Assembly (NCBI GenBank): GCA_964647545.1
Contig: CAZYHS010000021.1
Location: forward strand, 1,397 to 35,241
Direction: 5' to 3'
From: an uncultured Pseudomonadota bacterium
GTDB lineage: Bacteria; UBA10199; GCA-002796325; 1-14-0-20-49-13
DNA: 33,845 bases
Shown one piece after another: positions 27,541-33,845 of the stretch. The position numbers and the translations under genes were made by a program. Positions within the stretch are counted from its first letter, which is position 1. Each line of letters begins with the position of its first letter. The notes beneath the pieces are model-generated. The model saw only the letters and a program-made list of their open reading frames with translations, was not told where the DNA came from and did no database searches.

Positions 27541-28455
27541 TTAGGCCATTAATTTTTCCATGATCGCTTTTTGGACGTGAAGTCTGTTCTCGGCCTGATC
27601 AAAGACCCTCGAATTGGGGCCGTCCATAACGTCGCTTGTGATCTCCTCTTCGCGGTGCGCGGGGAGGCAATGCAGCACGATCGAATCTTTTTTAGCGTGG
27701 GCCATCATTTTTGAATTGACCTGAAACGGCATGAAAAGGGCCTTCTTTTTCTCGACTTCGTCCCCCTCCTGCCCCATCGATATCCAAGTATCGGTGTTGA
27801 TGACGTCGATACCTTCAACTGCCGCCATAGGATCGTCGGTCAGTTTGATATTTGAATATCCGCCGCTCTTGATTTTTTCCAGTATCATTGCGGGGGGTTC
27901 GTATCCGCGCGGGCAGGCAAGTCTTAACTCAAAGCCGAAAATGATAGCGGCCTGAATCCACGTATTGGCCATGTTATTGCCGTCGCCGATCCAAGCTATC
28001 TTTTGCTTTGAAACGTCCCCTTTATGTTCTTCCACGGTCAGCATATCGGCCATGATCTGGCACGGATGCAGCAAATCGGTCAAACCGTTGATGACCGGCA
28101 CGCTTCCGCCTTTGGCGAGTTCTTCGCAGTTGGACTGGGCAAACGTGCGGACCATAATTCCGTCCACGTAACGCGAAAGGACGCGCGCGGTGTCGGCGAA
28201 AGTTTCGCCGCGACCGAGCTGGCTGCCGGAGCTTGTTATGTTGAGAGCGTGACCGCCGAGCTGAAACATGCCGACTTCAAAAGAGACGCGGGTTCTCGTC
28301 GATGATTTTTCAAATATCATTGCTAGCGTTTTGCCTTTGAGCGGCTGATGAACATTTCCCTCTTTCTGCTGCTTTTTGAGCCATTTCGCGCGCTCCAAAA
28401 TGTCGCGAAGCTCTTCGCGGTTATAATCGAGCAGACTTAAAAAATGTTTGGTCAT
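27541..28455 (-). CDS. argF: Ornithine carbamoyltransferase
   Basis: STRTR carbamoyl-phosphate motif, HCLP ornithine-site motif. Start at the ATG at 28455 (MTKHFLSLLDY...) with AAGGAGA upstream. The ORF-track start at 28512 is rejected. Confidence 0.9.
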   Translation of the reverse strand: MTKHFLSLLDYNREELRDILERAKWLKKQQKEGNVHQPLKGKTLAMIFEKSSTRTRVSFEVGMFQLGGHALNITSSGSQLGRGETFADTARVLSRYVDGIMVRTFAQSNCEELAKGGSVPVINGLTDLLHPCQIMADMLTVEEHKGDVSKQKIAWIGDGNNMANTWIQAAIIFGFELRLACPRGYEPPAMILEKIKSGGYSNIKLTDDPMAAVEGIDVINTDTWISMGQEGDEVEKKKALFMPFQVNSKMMAHAKKDSIVLHCLPAHREEEITSDVMDGPNSRVFDQAENRLHVQKAIMEKLMA

Positions 28456-28521
28456 AAAAAAATCTCCTTGTTGTTGGTTGTGCGCCAGACTTCGCACAAG
28501 AAGCGTGGGCAAGTCAACGCC

Positions 28522-28560
28522 GCAAATAAAAATCCCCGCACATTTTCATGAGCGGGGATT
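28522..28560 (-). terminator. Intrinsic terminator of the recombinase gene
   Basis: 9-bp stem AATCCCCGC / GCGGGGATT with a 12-nt loop. On the minus-strand transcript it is followed by TTTTTATTT. Confidence 0.7.
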
Positions 28561-28580
28561 GTTGATGCACTTAAAAATCA

Positions 28581-29486
28581 TCAGGCCTTGGGATGAGTCT
28601 TTTCGTAAACTTCCATGAGCTTATCGACGCTGACGTGAGTATATTTTTGCGTGGTCGAAAGGCTCGAGTGCCCAAGCAGCTCTTGAATACCGCGAAGGTC
28701 CGCACCCGAGTTAAGCATGTGAGTTGCGAACGAATGACGCAGCACGTGTGGCGTCACCTCTTTTTGTATGCCCGAACCGCGCAGATATTTTTGAACCATG
28801 CGTTCGACGCTTCTGGCCGTGATGCGAGTCCCCTGACGATTGAGGAAAGTTGCATTGTTTGGTCTGGCCTTGTCGAGAAGCTCTTCACGACGCGCTAGAT
28901 AGGCAGCCATTGCGGTCTGCGCTTTCGAGCCGATCGGAACGATTCTCTCCTTGCGACCTTTGCCAAGCACCTTCAAAACACCTTCGCCCAAAGCGACGTG
29001 TTCGATATCAAGACCGACAAGTTCGCTAACACGAAGCCCGCTCGAATACATAACTTCCATCATCGCCTTATCACGCAGCGACAGGACGTCGTTATCAGAC
29101 GGGCCGCTAAGTAAAGAGGTAACTTCATCGACAGTAAGAAATTTCGGCAATCTCTTAGGAACTTTTGGCGTAGCGACATCTTTGGCCGGATTTGAACTTA
29201 AAGCCCCTTCTTTAATCCAGTACTTGAAAAAAGACCTCAAAGAGGCCAGTTTTCTGGCGATGGACGCCGGATTATTTTTGTTGAATAGCGTCCCAAGATA
29301 GCCCCTGATGACATTGTGATCGATCTGATCTAGAGACGACCTGCCACCTGAATAGATGTTGGGCTGGTTTGTCTTTAGATACTCCGCGAACTGATGCAAA
29401 TCCGCCAGATAATTTTTGGTGGTGTGCTGGCTCGCGTCCTGCTCGTGCTTTAGATATTCCTCAAACTTATTCAGTAGTTCTTGCAT
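28581..29486 (-). CDS. Tyrosine site-specific recombinase, XerC/XerD family
   Basis: N-terminal SAM-like core-binding domain, ARRDKAMMEVMYSSGLRVSEL, HVLRHSFATHMLNSGADLRGIQELLGHSSLSTTQKYTHV, C-terminus ...THPKA. GGGGGGAG RBS. Confidence 0.9.
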   Translation of the reverse strand: MQELLNKFEEYLKHEQDASQHTTKNYLADLHQFAEYLKTNQPNIYSGGRSSLDQIDHNVIRGYLGTLFNKNNPASIARKLASLRSFFKYWIKEGALSSNPAKDVATPKVPKRLPKFLTVDEVTSLLSGPSDNDVLSLRDKAMMEVMYSSGLRVSELVGLDIEHVALGEGVLKVLGKGRKERIVPIGSKAQTAMAAYLARREELLDKARPNNATFLNRQGTRITARSVERMVQKYLRGSGIQKEVTPHVLRHSFATHMLNSGADLRGIQELLGHSSLSTTQKYTHVSVDKLMEVYEKTHPKA

Positions 29487-29605
29487 ATTATCTCCCCCCT
29501 TAGCGATGTATCGTATAAAACAATCTTTAAATATTCAAGTAAAATTAATAGGTTTTTTAGTCTTTTTTACCCTGTTTTTGCTTTCCAACGGTCAATTTAT
29601 GGCCT

Positions 29606-29947
29606 ATGTGTCGGCAAAACCTTATGGCGCGTAATTCCAACAGAAAATTCGATTCGGTCAAAGATATTCTTGCGGGGGTCTTAAATAACCCGAAAATATC
29701 GAAAAAACTCACACAGTACGCGGTTTTAGACCTTTGGCCGGAGATCGTGGGGAAAGCGCTGGCCGAAAAGACCCGCCCCGACAGGGTTAGCGGCGAAACC
29801 CTCTACGTTGAAGCCAAAAATGCCGCATGGGTGCAGGAATTGACCTTTATGAAAGGGCTGATTTTGCAGAAAATTCGCGAAGAATGCCCCGACTCAAAGA
29901 TAGTCGACTTAAAATTTTTCGCAAAGAGAACCAAGCTGAACTGGTAA
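29606..29947 (+). CDS. DUF721-family small protein (DciA-like)
   Basis: SNRKF..V..IL...L..W..IVG..A..T.P.....G.L.V.......QEL...K..I...I motif arrangement typical of DUF721. Alternative start at the ATG at 29624. Confidence 0.65.
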   Translation: MCRQNLMARNSNRKFDSVKDILAGVLNNPKISKKLTQYAVLDLWPEIVGKALAEKTRPDRVSGETLYVEAKNAAWVQELTFMKGLILQKIREECPDSKIVDLKFFAKRTKLNW

Positions 29948-29948
29948 G

Positions 29949-30584
29949 TCACGACTGGAAGATTTTAATGACCTGATCGGACGGAATTGCGCCGTCGCGA
30001 ACGATCGCCATGGTTTCGTCGGCGACGTCAACGACCGTCGAGCCTTTCGACGGCTCGCACTCTCCGCCGTCAAGCGTCATGTCGATTCGATCCTTAAAAT
30101 ATTTCTGCACGTGCTTGATAGTAAGCGACGGCGGATAGCCCGACAAATTCGCGCTGGTCGTCGTAATTGGCCGCCCAAGCTCCCTGACGATCGCCGTGGC
30201 GACAGGATGGGACGAAATTCGCACGCCGATCTTTCCGGTATTGGTCGTCAGCGATTTAGAGATCTTTTTGCCGGCGGGGAAAAGAATGGTCAAAGGCCCG
30301 GGCCAAAATGCGTCGATCAAACTTACCGCCTGCTCGGGTATGTGATCGATGTACTCTTGCAACATCGCCTTATCGGAAACCAAAATCGACACGGGCAACC
30401 CGTAATCGCGCCTTTTTAAATCGTAAAGGTGTTTGATCGCCTTTTCGCTTGTGACGTCAACGCCGAGGCCGTAAAAAGTTTCGGTCGGATAGCAGATGAC
30501 CTTGCTGTCGCGCAAAAACTCGACCGCCTGCTCCACTATTTCGGCTTCGGGATTATTCGGATCGACCGTCAAATGTATCGGCAT
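29949..30584 (-). CDS. tsaC: L-threonylcarbamoyladenylate synthase (YrdC/TsaC type)
   Basis: YrdC fold motifs YPTETFYGLG, LKRRDYGLPVSILV, TTSANLSG. Single-domain 211 aa, so not the Sua5-extended form. Confidence 0.9.
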   Translation of the reverse strand: MPIHLTVDPNNPEAEIVEQAVEFLRDSKVICYPTETFYGLGVDVTSEKAIKHLYDLKRRDYGLPVSILVSDKAMLQEYIDHIPEQAVSLIDAFWPGPLTILFPAGKKISKSLTTNTGKIGVRISSHPVATAIVRELGRPITTTSANLSGYPPSLTIKHVQKYFKDRIDMTLDGGECEPSKGSTVVDVADETMAIVRDGAIPSDQVIKIFQS

Positions 30585-31075
30585 TGGATGCTCTCGTTTT
30601 TAGCTTCGATCTCTTTTACCATTTTTGCGCGATAATCGCAAAGGGCCTTTGTAAGTTTTTCGTCGGAAACCGCGAGAATTTCGATCGCCAGCAACGCCGC
30701 GTTCTTAGCTCCGGCTTTGCCTATCGTAACCGTCGCAACCGGAATGCCGCCCGGCATCTGCCCCATTGCCAGCAACGCATCGACTCCGGCCAGCGGAGAG
30801 ACGGCCAGCGGAACTCCTATGACCGGCAAAACGGTGTAAGCGGCTATCACGCCGGCAAGATGAGCCGAAAATCCGGCGCCGGCAATAATTACCTTCACCC
30901 CGCGACCGCTCGCCTCTTTGGCAAATTTCGCCGTCGAATCGGGCGTTCTGTGGGCTGAACTTACGATTACCTCGTGACCGACGCCAAACTCTTTAAGCAT
31001 CTTTGCGGCCTCTTCCATGATCGGCAAATCGGAATCGCTCCCCATCACAATGCTGACCTTGATGTCTTTTGTCAT
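30569..31075 (-). CDS. purE: N5-carboxyaminoimidazole ribonucleotide mutase
   Basis: [12 protein letters not shown] and AHRTPD signatures. AAGGAGA RBS. It overlaps the tsaC start by 16 nt. Confidence 0.9.
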   Translation of the reverse strand: MTKDIKVSIVMGSDSDLPIMEEAAKMLKEFGVGHEVIVSSAHRTPDSTAKFAKEASGRGVKVIIAGAGFSAHLAGVIAAYTVLPVIGVPLAVSPLAGVDALLAMGQMPGGIPVATVTIGKAGAKNAALLAIEILAVSDEKLTKALCDYRAKMVKEIEAKNESIQCRYI

Positions 31076-31076
31076 T

Positions 31077-32348
31077 TTATCTCCTTAATGCCCTGTGGGC
31101 TATGTCTTTGCGATATTGAACACCGCGCCAGCTTATGTCTGCCACGGCTTTGTATGCGCGGTCAACCGCCTCTTTGTAGTCGTGCCCTATCGCGGTCACT
31201 CCAAGTACCCTTCCGCCGTCCGTAACGAACTTTCCGTTCTTTAAACCGGTCCCCGCGTGAAACACCACAACGCCGGGGATCTTTTCGGCGGCCTCTATGC
31301 CGTTTATCACGTCCCCCTTTTCCACAATTGCGGGGTATCCTTTAGCTGCCATGACAACGCACACGCTTTTCGACTCGTCCCACCTGATATCGTAACGAGA
31401 AAGTTTGCCGTCGATAGCGGCATTTATCATTTCGACCAGATCGCTGCGCAGCCTGACCATGAGAGGCTGCGTTTCGGGGTCGCCCATGCGAACGTTGTAT
31501 TCAAGCACGCGAGGCGCGCCGTTAGAAATCATCAGCCCCGCGTAAAGAAAACCTACAAACGGCCGGCCTTCGCTGGACAATCCGGCAACCGTCGGCTTAA
31601 TGACCTCGCGCATGATCCTTTCGCGCAGTTCGTCGGTGACCACAGGGGCCGGAGAATATGCCCCCATTCCCCCTGTGTTGGGGCCTTTGTCGCCGTCGAA
31701 GGCCGCCTTGTGATCCTGACTGGAAGCAAGAGGCACGGCGGTCTTGCCGTCGCAAATGCAGATGAATGACGCCTCTTCTCCTTCAAGAAATTCTTCGATA
31801 ACTATCTTTGCGCCGGCCTCGCCAAAATCGCCGTGCTTTAAAAAAGTGTCGATCGCGGCGAACGCTTCAGCCTCGTTCTTGCAGATGAGCACCCCTTTGC
31901 CGGCCGCAAGCCCGTCGGCTTTAACCACCAGCGGCAGTGCGTTCGACCTGACAAACTCTCTCGCCTGCTCGACGTCGGTAAAAACGCCGTAATTTGCGGT
32001 CGGAATTTTGTAGGTCTGCATGAAGGTCTTTGAATAGGACTTCGAACCTTCGAGCTGCGCGGCACGTTTGTCGGGGCCGAATACTTTTAGATCGTTCCTT
32101 TTGAAAGCGTCAACGACTCCGGCCACAAGGCTAACCTCGGGGCCGACAATTGTCAGGTCGATCTTTTTCTTTTTGGCAAATTCGACAAGTGTCAGAACGT
32201 CGTCCGGCTTGATATTCACGCACTCGGCAAGCTTTGCAATTCCGGCGTTTCCGGGGGCGCAAAAGATCTTTTTGACTTTGGGACTTTGCGAAACCTTCCA
32301 GACTATGGCGTGCTCTCTGCCGCCGCCACCGATCACTAGAATGTTCAT
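31077..32348 (-). CDS. purD: Phosphoribosylamine--glycine ligase
   Basis: MNILVIGGGGREHAI, ATP-grasp core, 423 aa. Confidence 0.95.
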   Translation of the reverse strand: MNILVIGGGGREHAIVWKVSQSPKVKKIFCAPGNAGIAKLAECVNIKPDDVLTLVEFAKKKKIDLTIVGPEVSLVAGVVDAFKRNDLKVFGPDKRAAQLEGSKSYSKTFMQTYKIPTANYGVFTDVEQAREFVRSNALPLVVKADGLAAGKGVLICKNEAEAFAAIDTFLKHGDFGEAGAKIVIEEFLEGEEASFICICDGKTAVPLASSQDHKAAFDGDKGPNTGGMGAYSPAPVVTDELRERIMREVIKPTVAGLSSEGRPFVGFLYAGLMISNGAPRVLEYNVRMGDPETQPLMVRLRSDLVEMINAAIDGKLSRYDIRWDESKSVCVVMAAKGYPAIVEKGDVINGIEAAEKIPGVVVFHAGTGLKNGKFVTDGGRVLGVTAIGHDYKEAVDRAYKAVADISWRGVQYRKDIAHRALRR

Positions 32349-32368
32349 AGGTGGCGCTCATCTAGCCT

Positions 32369-32406
32369 ACAAAAAAGGGCAAATCAATTAAAATTGATTT
32401 GCCCTT
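32369..32406 (-). terminator. Intrinsic terminator of the Cys-rich secreted protein gene
   Basis: Near-perfect palindrome AAGGGCAAATCAATT-aa-AATTGATTTGCCCTT. On the minus-strand transcript it is followed by a TTTTTT run. Confidence 0.75.
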
Positions 32407-32426
32407 TGCGATAACAAATAAGTCCG

Positions 32427-33845
32427 TCACCTTATCAAGGAACACCCAAAACCAGACTTTCCTCCGCTTGTCGGACCGACATAATAGAGCGGCATAATAT
32501 TGTAGGCCGCCTCGTTATTTCCAACCGCGTTGCTGACCCGCATATATTCGTCCCACGGATAGATCTCGTTGGCGTCGCGCATTGCCTTAGAGAAATTGGG
32601 GATCTTAATGTTGGCCGGCTGCTTGGCAAGAGCCTCGGCAAACGCGTCGAGGAAAAGGTTTGGATCGAGGTTGCGAACGGTCGAAGCCTGCGCCGGCGGA
32701 GCATAGAACTGCCCGACGTCAAGCCCTGCGCGTCCGATCACTTCGATTATCAAGTCTTTTTGTTCGTCCGTCCCGTAAGGAGAATATTCCGCCCCGACAT
32801 AGCCCATGCTCGCCTTAAAAGCTCCGGCAGCGGCATCGTTACTGGGCCTTACTTTGACCATCATGTAGGGCTCGGACTCGCTCTTTCCTATCGAAACGCT
32901 AAACGAACCGTTGGAGCTCGATAGCGACGGGGTCAAGCTGGTGTTCACAAACTGCCGCTTGGCGGCTTTAACAATGGACGGGAGAAAATCTGTCGCGATG
33001 TTGGTGGCAAGAATTGCCTTGCCGGTAGAAGACTGAGCTCCGGTCCCCGAAACCGCAAACAGGCGAGTTGCCGTATTGGTCAGATAGGTCTTGCGGGACA
33101 TCTTGTTGCCGTCCGGTAGATCGATCTCCTCGGGAAGCTGTCCGGCACGGAAGCCGTCTTCGCCGTAGAAGTCGGGCCCGATGGGGAAACCGCTTATCTG
33201 CCACACGCCTAAATTATCGGCCGGCGGCTGCACACATTTGAACGAGTAAACTCCGAGCTCGCCGACGAAAATATCGCGCGGGTTCTTTTCAGGATCGCAA
33301 ACTCCTCCGCGCTTCACAACTTCTTTACAGTAGATCTCGCTGGAACGGCGGTTCAATAACCGAACGTAATTATCGTAATCTGTCCCGACCGCCCAGTCGC
33401 CGACCGCGGGCCGCCCGTTCTTACCGACCAGCAGAACACAATCTCCGCTCACGCCTGCAACGGTTTCGCACTTGTCGGCAACGCCGTTTCCGTTGGTGTC
33501 GAAGAAATCCTGCGGATTCGGACACGCGCTTCCGCGCATGACATAATCGTCGCATGTGCAATCGACCGGAGGGGGAGGAATTACGGTGACACAATTTGCA
33601 TATTCGCCGGTGACAGGGTCTTGCGGGCCAAGCGCTGTCGGGTCGCATGGACCTGGGCCTTTAACCGTCTCGCAAGTGCAGACCGGCAATTTGGTCTCCA
33701 CACAAACAGATGAGTCAAAGTTTTCGCAGCCTGCGATTCTATCATGATTAATGCAGTTACAGGTGATTTTTGATTCTATGCAATTTTCATATTTACCCAA
33801 ACGTGGATAGTATGTGCCCAGAGGAGTTACATCGCACTTGTTCGG
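32427..33845 (-). CDS. Cys-rich secreted surface protein. It is partial, with the N-terminus beyond the right edge, and ends in the tail ...SGGKSGFGCSLIR-COOH.
   Basis: The frame is open to the window edge. The listed M at 33800 is a TTG inside the ORF. More than 25 Cys in the first ~200 aa are spaced as in EGF or Cys-knot modules. A thrombospondin-type-3-like Ca-binding stretch DTNGNGVADKCE is present. The terminal GCSLIR is identical to that of the 2913-4715 protein. Confidence 0.65.
   Translation of the reverse strand, partial: PNKCDVTPLGTYYPRLGKYENCIESKITCNCINHDRIAGCENFDSSVCVETKLPVCTCETVKGPGPCDPTALGPQDPVTGEYANCVTVIPPPPVDCTCDDYVMRGSACPNPQDFFDTNGNGVADKCETVAGVSGDCVLLVGKNGRPAVGDWAVGTDYDNYVRLLNRRSSEIYCKEVVKRGGVCDPEKNPRDIFVGELGVYSFKCVQPPADNLGVWQISGFPIGPDFYGEDGFRAGQLPEEIDLPDGNKMSRKTYLTNTATRLFAVSGTGAQSSTGKAILATNIATDFLPSIVKAAKRQFVNTSLTPSLSSSNGSFSVSIGKSESEPYMMVKVRPSNDAAAGAFKASMGYVGAEYSPYGTDEQKDLIIEVIGRAGLDVGQFYAPPAQASTVRNLDPNLFLDAFAEALAKQPANIKIPNFSKAMRDANEIYPWDEYMRVSNAVGNNEAAYNIMPLYYVGPTSGGKSGFGCSLIR

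Noticed and set aside
31257-31769. 170-aa plus-strand ORF
   Set aside because: It is antisense within purD, which is conserved end to end.
1-33845. CRISPR arrays, rRNA, tRNA, IS elements and integrase-bounded islands
   Set aside because: I found no regularly spaced direct repeats, no rRNA or tRNA-like conserved blocks, and no transposase. The only recombinase is the chromosomal XerC/XerD-type enzyme sitting among housekeeping genes.

Overview
This is a gene-dense window from a diderm (Gram-negative-type) bacterium, about 52% GC, with lysine mostly encoded AAA and many ATGA-type or 1-nt gene junctions. Most of the window is ordinary chromosome. I recognise purA, argF, a XerC/XerD-type recombinase, a DUF721 protein, tsaC, purE and purD. 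I also recognise efp, an M24B Xaa-Pro aminopeptidase, an SPFH/band-7 protein, mscL, an EamA transporter, a deoxyhypusine-synthase-like enzyme and a SugE/Gdx-type SMR exporter. There is a NhaP-type antiporter and two sensor histidine kinases, one a multi-PAS kinase in an operon with a stand-alone receiver and a putative outer-membrane protein. A DEAD-box helicase sits directly upstream of a TolC-MacA-MacB tripartite efflux operon. The unusual content is at the two edges. Bases 1-4776 hold four secreted or hypothetical proteins: a right-handed beta-helix protein, a signal-less Cys-containing protein, a low-complexity secreted protein, and a 600-aa protein made of four choice-of-anchor-D-like repeats. 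The last ~1.4 kb holds a partial Cys-rich secreted protein with a calcium-binding (TSP3-like) motif. These two otherwise unrelated surface proteins end in the same linker-Gly-Cys-Ser-Leu-Ile-Arg-COOH tail, encoded with different codons, with no hydrophobic anchor after it. I propose this tail as a candidate, previously undescribed C-terminal sorting or processing tag, and its unknown processing machinery as the system worth hunting for. Secondary oddities are an MscL with a C-terminal zinc ribbon, a small TM-plus-zinc-ribbon protein, a receiver domain lacking the conserved lysine, and a DHS-like enzyme with an N-terminal extension in a genome with a lysine-type EF-P. No rRNA, tRNA, CRISPR array, transposase or integrase-bounded mobile element is visible.
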